This document shows, piece by piece, positions 26,501 through 39,185 of a stretch of DNA of 64,000 nt. The position numbers and the translations under genes were made by a program. The DNA lies in NCBI GenBank assembly GCA_951406725.2, contig OX597814.1:174840001-174904000 (forward strand), written 5' to 3'. Source of the stretch: Octopus vulgaris. Its lineage: Eukaryota. Within the stretch, counting starts at the first letter, position 1; the number at the start of each line of letters is the position of its first letter. Below the pieces are notes generated by a model, which had not been told where the DNA came from, made no database searches, and saw only the letters and a program-made list of their open reading frames with translations.

Positions 26501-27397
26501 ACCCACCCACCTTTTTTTCCATCCTCCTTGTTCAGAACATCAATCCCCAAGCATTCTCTTTTTACCCTTCATTTTCTCTGCAAATATACAAACTGAGCAT
26601 CAACTATATGAATCCCACCAGTATTGAGGCTCAAAGGCAAAGATCATGCTCATTACCCTTTACTCTTGATTATGCACCATCAACAAAAATAATGTTCCAT
26701 AATTTAAATGATAAATCCTACCAGGTTGCTGTTACTCTAGAGAAGAGAAACCTTTTCAAAAGAGCTCCCCATGATGTTAATGACTCGGTCTTGGCAATTA
26801 ATTAAATAACAAGCCTTTTATTTTTATCTAGCACCCACTACAGATCATCTCACATCTACATAAGCTTGGCTTTAACTTCATTTTATATTTCACTTTCACA
26901 AGCTTGCTAAATATATTTGGTTCAGGATCCTATTTATATGAAGCATCTCATATTATGTTTTTAGACTACTAACCTCCTCATTGAAGACAAACTTTTATAT
27001 ATATATAAAGCTCTTATATTTTGATCTGTTTGAACTATGGTTATCATCAGGTATCTTATTCCTGTATATGCATGTAGTATCATATTGGATTCATCAATTA
27101 AAAAAAAGTGAAAAATTTATTGGTCTGTCTATCTTGCCAGTGTACAGGCAGAGTAACTTTTTGCATGATGAGTTAAATTTAACCACTGGCTTTACCCTTG
27201 GTAGTTCCCTTCTACTAATTCTTTTGCATTCAAAAACTCATCTGGTATTATGTTCATATTCATGAATAAGACCCAATGTTGATCAAAGCATAGTGTAGAT
27301 CTATATGTTAAAGAAATTTTATATGCCAAGATGATAGGCTGTAGCCTGCCAAAAAAATTATGACTTTTTTAATATACATGTGTTTGTTCCTTTCCAG

Positions 27398-27410
27398 ATT
27401 TTCTTTCTGA
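27398..27410 (+). CDS. Candidate alternative terminal exon (phase 2: R-FSF*)
   Basis: Strong tgtttgttcctttccag acceptor followed by repeat-poor, UTR-like sequence. The phase-1 reading would instead give a hydrophobic 30-aa tail. Confidence 0.35.
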
Positions 27411-27608
27411 AGATTTTGCCATCAACATACTTTTGACAAATATCTTCATAATTATCCTAATTTCAGTCTATTACTGGGACAACATATGAATATTAAAGTT
27501 ATATCACAGAATTAAACCGTTTACTTCATTCGGCTTCATATTACTCAGATAAATCAGTTTCTGAACCAACTCTTTATTCATTTTCTTTCTATGTATGTTT
27601 GTTTGAGA

Positions 27609-27639
<31 letters not shown>

Positions 27640-27694
27640 TCTCTCTCACACACACACACACACTCTCTCTCTCTCTCTCTCTTTCTCTCTCACA

Positions 27695-27731
<37 letters not shown>

Positions 27732-29039
27732 AGAGATACATATACATACATTTAAAACTACTTAACATGATCATAATTCCTTTAAATATATCAGTGTATC
27801 CTGACCATTTTAACATTATTAATAAATTACCTAATACAAACTTTTAAAGAATATTATTCAACACTTATTTCAACTTTATCACCATGCAAAAAGCATTCCC
27901 ATAATATTAAGAAACTAAAATTACTGCCATTTTGAATCTCTTTAATAAATGGTGTTATTCAGTATTGTCTACACTTTAATATCTAAGTGTTCTGCATGGC
28001 TTTCTGGTAAGAATATATCTTTTTTATTAACCAAAAAAAGTTATTCATTTATTTACCATAAGTTTTTTTTTCTATTGTTCTGTATATTGACTCTTAGTAT
28101 GGTGAACAGGATTGCTGTTGGCCACACTAATATTTTGTATTTGGTGTTGAAATACATTGAAACGCCTTGCACTTTGTGGCCTCTTTGTAATGTGATCCAA
28201 AAGAGTGTTTTTTACTTTTTTTGTTTTACAATAATGATACCTACAAAATCATATCTATGATATTTTAAATTAATTTTTCAGAGAAATATTTGAATTCTTA
28301 TTTCATATATAAGCAAAACTCTTTGGGTGTCAGCGTTATTGAAAAACTCTATTCTAGTATAATGTGAAGTTCCTATTACATAACAGTTTATCTTAATCAA
28401 GGCAAAAATTGAATCATCATATATATTGAGAGATATATATAGCACTGAGGGTGGCAGTATTTGTTCAAGCTTTTCCAAAAGTAGTTAACAGTTTATAACT
28501 TCAAATTATAAATGGTGCATTTATTTATACATAGAATTAAAGGTTGTAAACAGCAAGATGATGGTAGTGGTGGTAGTAGTAGTAGTAATATTAGTAGTAA
28601 TAATAATGATAATAATAATGTTTACAATTTTCTTTCAAATTAGGATGTATTGCTTTAATATGAAAATTAATTGTGGCACATACATTGCAAGTATTGTTTC
28701 ATGTAGAAAAAGAATAACATTTTATTAATAAATTTGCTTATATATTTGTTTTTGGCAGAAATGTAGTTTGAATTGTTTTACTTTGTGTCTTTTTTATACA
28801 TATAAACCATCATTTGAGAGAAAGACAATTGGAATATATATTTATTGTTTTAATAGAAGGAAAAAAAATGTAATAATTGCTTTTGGTCTATATACTGCTT
28901 TGTTAAACCTGTTTACTAATTTTTTTCCATTTCTGTATCAAATTGTTGCTAGTCCTTATATAAAAAGATTAACAATGTACACACGTATACACTCATATCT
29001 CAGTCTTTCTCACTCTCTCTCTCTCTCTATTTATGTGTA

Positions 29040-29072
<33 letters not shown>

Positions 29073-31023
29073 TCATCAACCAACCATCCAAAATATTATA
29101 AATCATTACTTAAGAACATATTTGAGGGTAACAGATTTCCATATACATTCATTTACATATTTGTATTTTTGCAAGAGAGACAGGGAAAGAGAAAGCATGA
29201 GAGGTAGATGGAAGGACTATTTTACTTAGAGATTCACACTTATAAAAGATCATTTATTTTATTGATACATTTTGTTATTAGACCATAATGAAGTAACTGA
29301 TTTGTGATAAATCAAATAGAAATAATTGAATTTCAACCATTTTTTAACATCCAAAATACTTTTGCAAAATAAATAGATGATTTTATTTATTCTCAAATGT
29401 TTGTAATAACTTTTAAAAAAACTTTCTATTTGTCTGCTTTTATTCAAAAATAATATTTGAATTTTCTTTATTTATTTTTAAGAGTCCTAAATAGTTTATT
29501 ATAATAATTATTGTGCTTCTTAAATATTAAACATCAAAATACTATGTGCTCTGTTTCTGAATTTACAATTACTGCTAACTATTTCTTTGAGATATTCGAG
29601 GTAAAATATTTGTTTATCAATTAAGAGAAATAAAGGATGGGTGGGGGATTGTCTTTTTATGTAATAGATATTTTCACTCCTCTTATATATGAAATCAAGA
29701 GTCTCCCAAGCAATATTATTTTGCTTTGAGATTTGAATCAGTGTCAGAATATAGAAATATAAAAGCTATTTGTACTGTATAACAGGATCTGTTTTAGTAA
29801 TTTCCTGTACTCTTGGATAAAACCCAAGCAATATTGAAACCAATGATTATCTTGGTTAACTGTAGCCAGTTAGATAACTTGAAACTTTGGAGGAATACAG
29901 GTTGACCTTCTGGCAGCCAAGTCTATAACTACTTGAGTCTTGTTGCCAATTTTAATAATTTCACTTCAGTGGGCTGGGGTTACTTTTATTTCTCTTTTAT
30001 CATTTCTCCTAAGCCTATAAATCTTGAACTTATATCTTACTGGAGAATGTTAACCTATCCAGAGGCACTATGATAAAAAAAAATACAAGCTATATTTAGA
30101 AAGAGATATATGCTTTAAGGGATACACTTTGAAAATCTCAGACTTTAGTTAAAGCATTATAGCATCTTTTAAACAAAATTAGTTCATAGAATTTTAATTA
30201 GGAAATAGTGATCTTAAGTAGTTGTGTACACAAAGTTCCCAATAAGCTAAACTGGTAATTCTGTTTTGATTCCTAGTTATAGCTTCTTCACCTCACTTAT
30301 GTTTCTAATGCAGTTGCAAAAGTTGTGAATTCTACATCGTCCTGTATTACTAAAGTAAAAAATATATACATCCGTTTACCAAATCAATAGAAGTTAACAG
30401 CAATTATAATAACATAATATTAATATTTTGAAAGAATATTTGTATGGAATATGTTTTATTCTATACATTTTTATTTTCTCATTCAGTTCTTTACTGATCA
30501 TTTTAACATGCTCTATTTAATATTCTAAAATCAAAATTTAATTTATATTATCAATGTGTTTAAATAGAATTTGATTTTTAATATTTAAACTCTACAGTTA
30601 CTTTGTAAATTTTACTTTTCAACTTTCTTGGTAGTCATATTTCATTTCAGCTTCTAACTTTTAAATAATATCTCTCTCTAGTTCAAAGAAACTGTGCTAC
30701 AAATTGTTCCTTCTGAACTAATTCTATCATTTTTTTTTTCAATTACCTTTCTAGAATACAATTTATTACAACAACAACTAAAACCAACTTCAGATCATTT
30801 ATTTGTTTCTTTTTCTTTTGTTATATTGAATGATCTCTCTATTTTGTATAAGTGTGACAAATGTGACAAATCAATCATCTTGTTTGAATAGTAGTTAATA
30901 TTGCACTAGATATTAAAATGGATATTAATGATGAATTAGATAACCTTGTAGTTGAGTATATAACAAATAGTTTCTTGTCATTTATATTTTTAATATATGC
31001 CTCTTAAATTTCTTTTGTTGCAG

Positions 31024-31137
31024 TAAATGTGATACAGTGGTTACTTCTGAGAAGCAGGTGTACATGTCTCCTTATAGAATGCAAAATTCTGGCCCCAATA
31101 CAAGTTTAAGACTTGGACCCATGGATAAAAACCTTTT
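31024..31137 (+). CDS. 114-nt cassette exon (phase 2/2: KCDTVVTSEKQVYMSPYRMQNSGPNTSLRLGPMDKNL)
   Basis: tttcttttgttgcag acceptor; perfect gtaagt donor; open, symmetric phase 2; its GPN..GP motif resembles the terminal exon. Confidence 0.72.
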
Positions 31138-31287
31138 GTAAGTATTATCATTAAAAAAACTCGTTGTTATAATGTTGATTGATTACCAGTATGAATGAAC
31201 ATTATTGCATGTTGTATAAATTAGAAAAATCTTTAAATGATGATACTTGCTTTTTCTGTTTGTATTTTGAATTGTTTTTTTTATTAG

Positions 31288-31301
31288 ATACCATTCCTAA
31301 G
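31288..31301 (+). CDS. 14-nt stop-containing microexon (phase 2: YHS*)
   Basis: ttgttttttttattag acceptor; AAG|gtgaga donor; TGCATG at 31206 and 31370. Confidence 0.6.
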
Positions 31302-32911
31302 GTGAGATATGTTACTCTTTTTTATTGTTAAATACTGTAATTGAGAAACTCTATAAAACTGAACTGAACTGCATGTGCTAGTAACAGTTCAAGTTCTATT
31401 CAATTGTATCAGTATAATACTAGCATACATACCACCAACCCTTTGGTGAACCAAAGTCAAGACAGCTTCAGCTAAACTTCAATTCATAACTTTGCATTAT
31501 TGCCAAGTTATTCCCATATAAAACAACAATCTCTAATGATATATTGCTAGTTAGATAATAATTGTGATCTCTTCATAAACCACAAAGCTCTCACAGAATA
31601 ATCTTATCCCTGCCCCTCATTTTCATGTGATGATGATACAACCATGGTTGAAATAGTTCATGTATGGCTGCTAAATACATTCACAAAAATTCAAAGAGAA
31701 TAGTGATCTTATATGTTAAAGTGTTATACTTCAAGTTTTGCTTTTACTGTGTCTGTTAAACTCATATTTGCTTGACACAGTAAATTAGGCTCAAACTCTT
31801 TTACAAGTTCATGCACTTATTGTGTAGTGGTTTCAGGAAGTAATCTAAAGTTATTAAGATCGTATACATTCTCCAGGCTAGTTATGCATAACATCACTCA
31901 GCACATGAAAACCATCCATTTTGTGTATGCAAAAATACTTCATCTTACTGCAAAGATAGTTTATTGGACTTGGAACAGTAGGATTTAAAAAGGAAGCTTG
32001 ATAAAGTATATGATCAGCAACTGTATAATCATGATTTCAAAATCTCTTTAGAATCATCTTCTGGTTTAGTGTATTCCTGTCTAAATCTTTATAGTGAAAA
32101 TAAGTATGTTTACAAGTTTAAAATGCATTTGTTGTAGAAAAAGTTTTGTCTATTCTATAAACTTAATCTATTCAGGTAATTTTTTAAAATTTAAATCATT
32201 TTCTGTTGAAAAAAGTCAAAGTAATAATGGAGCTCTTCAAGGTAGGATAAATATTTATTCATGCATTAGTTTAACATTCATTGTTTATGTATAAGCTTGA
32301 TATTGTTCATATATTAAATATATTAACAGAGAACAGTGTTTTGGGTTTTTTTGTGAAGGTAGTCTGAACTTTAAATTGTTTCTTAGAAATGTGTTTTATC
32401 TCATTCTCTATAGCAGCTAAGATATCCATCTGTTTCATGGGAAAGAGTATAGTCTTTTACAAGAAACTATTCTATAGTGATTCCATCTAAAACAAATATT
32501 GCATCAAACTATTACACTCTCTTATTGAGAGCAGTAGTCCAGCATGACCCAGCCCAGTGGCTAAAACCAGTAAAAGAAAGAAGTTACCTGTGTGGCTTCA
32601 TTTTTATATTTAATTTTGTACTATTTTTTTTTATCAGTACCTGATGGACTAAATTCTGAATCACCTGATGTACATTTTGAATCTCATAGGTATTGGCTCT
32701 GAGCTTGTTATATCAGAAATTATTTATGTCCCCATAATACTACCTCTGCACTGATTCAGTTCTCTATAAAATTGGTATGAATGCTGGTAGTATTATCATA
32801 TAAAACATTAAATTATTGTACAATTTGTACTTTCTAATCCACTTTTAAAAATATATTCTTCACATGCTGCAAGTATGTCATCAGAAGTCTTACATGGCTA
32901 AACTGTTTCTC

Positions 32912-33100
32912 TCATCATCATAGTTATTTATCACCAACATCATTGTCTTCATCCTCATTGTCTTTACCCTCATCATTATCATTGCCATCATCATCTCTAT
33001 CGTCACCGGATTCAACATCATCATTTTCATCTTTACCAATATCTTCATCATCATCATTATACTCATTATCATTGTTGTTACTCTCATTATCATCATTGTC
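32912..33100. repeat. Degenerate (CAT)n trinucleotide tract
   Basis: Seen directly; accounts for the Met-rich and Asp-rich ORFs. Confidence 0.85.
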
Positions 33101-33154
33101 ATCACATATATAAGCATCTGTTTTAGATTTAAACACTTTGTTATTTCATCTGTG

Positions 33155-33258
33155 AGTCAAACTTTCTAAGTCTAGTCTAAAAGCTTCATTTTTAAATTCA
33201 TCATCATCATCATGGATTTAAAAATGAAGTTTTTAGACTAGACTTAGAAAGTTTGACT
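33155..33258 (+). repeat. 47-bp inverted repeat with (CAT)n loop
   Basis: Arms 33155-33201 and 33212-33258 with two mismatches, both G-U compatible on the + strand. Confidence 0.92.
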
Positions 33259-33684
33259 AACAAATTCACATAAAGATAATATAACTGTGTTTAAAAGACA
33301 TGGGCTTTGTGATTCAAATCTTGTCCAATTCTGAGATTATGTGACAGAGCAACTACAAGAACAATATGGGGGGTAAATTCACTGAAGAATTGACCTAACA
33401 GTTTAATAAAATGACACCTCAAATTTGAATACTACCAAAGCAGATTTATAACAACTTAATTTTGATGACAGGTTTAAAAGTTTAAAAGAAACACTAGAAA
33501 TTGAAAATCAATTTATGATTAGGAAAAAAGTTTCCAATAAAATCAACATCATTACTATTGCTAGTTTTTAAAATTTTCCGTTTGGCATATTCTTATCAAT
33601 TTTTGGAAATAGCTAGTTGTTTAGTTTATTTTTAAACTAATTCCCTTTTCTATTAATTCATAATTATTTATTTAACTTTTTCAG

Positions 33685-33850
33685 ACCATCTTATGTTGGA
33701 GTAAAAGGACCAAACCCAGAGAATTTCAGGGGTCCAGATTCTAATTTAGTAAAAGGTTCAGTGAAGGCTCGAGGAGCTGACCCACTCAACAGGTGTAGAC
33801 CTCTCAATTCCGTACAAAACCAAGATCCTGTTCTCGTTACAAAATTGTAA
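33685..33850 (+). CDS. Terminal coding exon of unidentified gene (phase 2: PSYVGVKGPNPENFRGPDSNLVKGSVKARGADPLNRCRPLNSVQNQDPVLVTKL*)
   Basis: ttaactttttcag acceptor; 55 codons to TAA; GC-richer island; same phase as exon 9296-9430; followed by long UTR-like sequence. Confidence 0.78.
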
Positions 33851-36800
33851 CTTATTTTCTTTTGTTCTATTTTTGTTGTTGTTTTTTTCATTTATTAATT
33901 TATTATTTTATTTGTTAGTAATAGCAATAATGTTTAAAATGCTGCTTTTCATTAACAGCCCAATTAAGAGTTAAACCAAAATATGTCTTATTTGATATGC
34001 ATTTAAGAAAGAAATTATTTTTAAAATGTATAAGCATGCTTACAAATTATTTTTGTTTTCAGTTTTCAGATGTTCTTTTGTTTTATTTATGTATAATTTT
34101 TATCTTATTTCTTTTAGATTTTTCTACAAAATGCTCTTTTTTCAATTAATTTTGAAATGTTGCTAAATTATTATTGCATGGGAAGTTAGGAAAACCAATT
34201 TATATTTTTTGTTGGTTTCTTTTTACTGAATTTTTACTCCATTGCCAACATTCAATTATAATGATTGTTGAATCTGTCTCACTATATAGGGATGAGTGAA
34301 TCAAATAGCACATGTTCAAAGGGAATTGTTTCTGTAAAACTCTGAATAAAAATCAAACAGCAAAAATTCCTTCTGAGAATGAAATTTGAAAGAGACAGAA
34401 AAACTCAACTGAATCCGGAAATATTTAGACAATATCACCAAAATGATGTTATCATTTGTGTATATTGATAATGAAAAATTTCACTCAATCTTTTGTCCAA
34501 AAACAACCTTTGAACGGCACACAGCCAAGTGGTCATCAGCTCAATATTATTTCATTTACAAAAAAAAAAAAAAGCCTTTATTGAACAGAAAAAATAGAGA
34601 AAGATGAAATAACAAAATATCTTAAATTGAAATCAAATAAAATTTTTATTTATTTTCTCCATCCACATTTAATTTTTGATTAAGAGATTCAAGAAATTAT
34701 CCTTTTTCACGTATCTGATACACTTCCTCTATCCAACTTATTTTTTAAAAAAACTTTTAAACATTAATTAATCTAATACAGCTGGTTATCTAATATCGTT
34801 TACCTAATTATATCATTAACCAGGATATAAAAATTTTATCAAAATTTTGAAGCAAACTAGGTTAAATTCTTTCTATATTGTTTTCTTTTTAATGGAAAAT
34901 AAACATAGCATGTTACTTATGAATTGAAATTAATAAAAATAACCTATGAAATTCTTTATATATATTATCAAATCTTTCGCTACTCAACCATAATTTGAGG
35001 AGTATTAATCAATTTTGGCTAACAAAACTGAAACAAGTACACTCCTCTTTTGCTGCTAATTCTCTTGAGAAAGGCTTGAGTGCCACTCACTCTCTTTTTC
35101 TCCACTTTTAAATTTGTGGCATTGTGCCTAATGTAAGAGATGAACTTTTAAGAATCTTAAGAGGAGACAGAAACCTAAATTTTGTAACAGTGTGGCTTGG
35201 AAGAGCTAAGGGTTTATTGGCTTGAATACATATGTGAGGTTTCAGCAGTTCTTCACTCAGTCTTTTGCGTATCTCTTTAAATTTATCTATCAACACTAGG
35301 AATAGCTATTTAGCAAGTAATTTTTAATAACACAAAGATTTGATAAGGTAATATTGTTAATTCTTTGGAAGTTAAAACTGATTAAATTGTTACAGATTTT
35401 GATTAACAGTTTGAAATTCTGTATTAAAATTTTTAAAAACACGTAAGTTCTTGCACAACCAAATTCAGTTCTGGCAATGAATATTTACTTCCTATGAAGT
35501 TCTTGAAAGCACTTTTTTTTATTAAATTTCTTGATATGTTTTCTTATTTCTCTATATCCTTCTTATCTTTGAAAAATATTTACTACAACAATTGCAAAAT
35601 ACTAATAATACTGTTTTACTTTCTTTTTTTCATTTAAGTGGCAAATAAACCAACTTCTCTTTTATTGAAAAATGCTAGAATCAAAACAGTGGAAAAGTAC
35701 TTACATTGAAGAACTGAATATCAAAAATAACTTAGCAAATATTCATTTATTGTACTAAATACTTAAATTGGTTGTTTCAATGAAACTTTTAATGCTTGAG
35801 GAATTTCTAGTCCTTTAAAGCAAATACAAAAAGTAACTGAATCACTTTCTTCTCATTTTATTCTCTTTTCTTTTAAATAATAAAATAAGTTTATGGCTCA
35901 AACTAATCAATTAGTTATATAAGTTACTGAATATTTAACTAATGAAATTTTTGCTCTTCAAATTTTTTCCTTTGCATTTCAAGTTATATGACCTTAAATG
36001 TATGTGTGTGTGAATATATACATATATACCCACACATATATGCACACTCATACATACATACACACACACAGACATATATATATATATAAATAAAATATAT
36101 ATATTCCTATGTATCTTACATAGGTAATCCCTCCATAAAAGAAAGTTGAACATATTGTATATAGCTTGTTGAAAATGTTTTATGAAATGCTTTTTATTTA
36201 TTTCTTTTTTTCTATAATTTTTAAAGTATTATTTAAATGTAATTATTATAAAGATATTTCACTTGAAATTTTTTAAAAAATAAATTTTAAAAAGTGACAA
36301 GTCTTTCCAGTGAAAAACAAAAATTATGAAAAACTACTCTATTTAATTCTTCATGATATTCAGTGCCTGTGAATTGGTTTAAAGAATTGGGTTCGCGCTT
36401 TATTGTCTTCTATGTCAGCTACTGATGCTTGGTCTGTAGCCAGAACTATTGAAATATCTATTGATTTCTTGTTGTTTTTAATGTACATACCAAAGTAAAT
36501 TTGCCTGGGAGGAAGAGGAGACAGATATTAAGTGGATCTGAAGAGTTAAAAGGTTTATTGTGCTCTTCTTTAAACCGCTATCATTGCACAACAAAAAAAA
36601 TGTTTAATTTTTATTGAAACTTTTTCATCTTCTGTTTTTATTTTTTTATCCCATTCATCACAAAATGTCTTTCTATTCATTTAATATATGAAGACATTTA
36701 TATCTGCTCAATTCTTATACATCATAAAGAAAACCTTTTCTTTATTTAAGGGCCTGTTACTAAAACTTATAGATAAGTATGGTTTGTGAGAAAGAGTGAA

Positions 36801-38075
36801 GCAATACATATATGTGCATGTACATCCATGCGTATAAATATATGCATTTGAGGAAGATGTTTGTATGACATATGTAAACCAGCTCCATACACAAGTGAAT
36901 CATAGACATTTACTGTCCCACCACAATAATATTGGGCACAAATACTTTACTTGACATCAATTTCTATATTAACAGCTCATCACGACATCTGTTGATAATA
37001 CTCTTGTTTTCAGCTTTCAGACATGTTGCTGGTTCATTTTTCATTGATATTAATAATGTTGCTTCAATTAATATTACAGTTATAATCCAATAACTACCTA
37101 CATGTAGATGGATTTACCAATATACGAAATATCCAGTTCTTGTTATATAGAATATACAGAGTATCTACTGTTGGTACCATGATTTCAAGGCCCTTTGTGC
37201 ATATATGTATATACTCATCTTATTCTCAACTTGAAAATCTTCAAAAATACAATATTAAGCTGTTAGTAATTTGAAACAAATATGTTTAGAAAGGAATTAA
37301 AAGAAAATTATAAGAAAACCAGAATGGTTTGCCTTTGAAATGTTGTTGTTGGTGGTATTGTAATGTCAATTTATCTCTATGCATAAAAAAAATATTTAAA
37401 GAGTTGAATTGTTTGAAAAAATAAATAACTAAAACTCATTATAATAAAAGTTAAATGAAAAAAAATGGAAGCTTCCTATATCTTTTAAGTCATATAAATT
37501 GTTACAATTTCTATATTTTTCTTTGAAATATAGAAAATCTTGGGTTTTTTTTTTTTTTTTTGAATTTTGAGTTTGTATGATAACAAGTTTGTTATTGGTT
37601 GTAGTTGTTATGATTGATATTTTAGTGTGTTCAGTTCAGTAAATATATTGAACTGAAGATATATATCAATAACTAACATTAAAATGTTTTGCTCTATGAG
37701 ACACTCATTTTGTTCTCATATTTGCTAAAAACTTGCAAACTGCACCGTTTATGTGTTTTTCACATTTTTACTTGATTTGAAGACTATATGCATGAAATTG
37801 CTCAGACAGTATGCAAAAGAAGAAAAGAAAATTTGTTGTTAATTCTTTTCCCTGCCAATTGCATATTTATAGAATAAATGCTTAACAAGTTTTAGATTGT
37901 TCAGTGTTTATAATTTTTGCTAGACATAGACTGTTTGTTGCTTTTTTTTTTTTTTTTTTACCAATGAAAATGGATTGACACTTTATGTTATTACTATCAC
38001 TATGTTGTATTCTTGGTAAAAAGTTACAACTCCTGCTCAGTTTTCAATAATTTCATCAACCTAGCTATAAATAAA
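33851..38075 (+). other. Probable long 3' UTR of the upstream gene
   Basis: About 4.2 kb of AT/T-rich sequence without recognisable SINEs, with several AATAAA (e.g. ~37873, 38070); SINEs resume right after. The end point is inferred. Confidence 0.45.
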
Positions 38076-38747
38076 TAACAACTAATTGTTGTTAGGAATA
38101 GCACCTAACCATAGAAACATGCCAAAGCAGACACTGGAGCGTAATGCTGTCCTTGGGCCCATCAAACCCTGTCAAACTGTCCAACCCATGCTAGAATTTA
38201 AACATGGGCATCAAATGATGATGAGACATGGCTGTGTTGTTAAAAAGGTTTGCTTTACAATCTTACTATACAGCACCTTGTGCAACAGTCTTCTACCATA
38301 GTCTCAGGCCAATCAATACCCTGTTATTGGAACAGGATCACAGAAAACTGCAAAAGTCCTTTGAGTGAGTGTGTGTGTATTTTTCGCAGATGTTATATTG
38401 ACGAAGAAATATAAATATAGTGAGCAAACTAAAAAGTAAAAAAAAAATTTGGGGGAATAATAAAAACATTCTTTAAATCCTTTGTGATACTTATTCTGTA
38501 CTAATTCACAAATGCTCCCTTGCCACATTTGTTGTCATAAATGTAGGGAGCCAGTGATAGACCAGTCAGAAATTTGTAACCAACAATACTATTCACTGAT
38601 TGTGATATGAAATATATAATAATACTGTTCTTCACTGTAAGTAGCACAGACCTACAGTGGCTTACTATGACTTGGTGAACCACATCCCTTATTTTTTCTA
38701 ACCCTACCTCATCAGAACTGCAACCTTCAGAAATTCTCTCTCAAGAT

Positions 38748-38968
38748 TCAAGCGAGGTCGTTGCCAGTACCGCCTGACTGGCCCCCGTGCGGGTGGCACT
38801 TAAAAAGCACCCACTACACTCTCGGAGTGGTTGGCGTTAGGAAGGGCATCCAGCTGTAGAAACTCTGCCGGATCAAGATTGGAGCCTGGTGTAGCCATCT
38901 GGTTCGTCAGCTCTCAGTCAAAATCGTCCAACCCATGCTAGCATTGAAAGCGGACGTTAAACGATGAT
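38748..38968 (+). mobile_element. SINE family B
   Basis: High similarity to 11095-11303. Confidence 0.88.
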
Positions 38969-39044
38969 TTCCTCATTAACACCAGCCTGTAAAACTTCAT
39001 GCCGAACAGGAAACTTTACAGTCTGGGAGATTTCATAAATCCTT

Positions 39045-39185
39045 TGACACAATGAGCAATGTTTCTCTTACTGAAAAATTACAATTTTCAATTAAAACAA
39101 AGTGCTCTATAAATTCATATGGGTGTGGTCATTAATTCAGTGCTGAAACCTAATCTTCCCATCAACAATTTCAGTGACATATTCA
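39045..39185 (+). repeat. About 135-bp direct repeat, copy 1 (copy 2 at 39857-39986)
   Basis: tgacacaatg...cctaatcttcccatcaacaatttcagtgacatattc present twice. Confidence 0.9.

Noticed and set aside
27010-27055. Minus-strand CTGATGA...CAAAC hammerhead-like string
   Set aside because: No GAAA and no stem I pairing.
28768-29229. 153-aa ORF
   Set aside because: Spans (CT)n/(TG)n/(TA)n repeats with AT-biased composition; no splice or homology support.
32890-33136. Asp/Asn-rich and Met-rich minus-strand ORFs
   Set aside because: Degenerate (CAT)n microsatellite.
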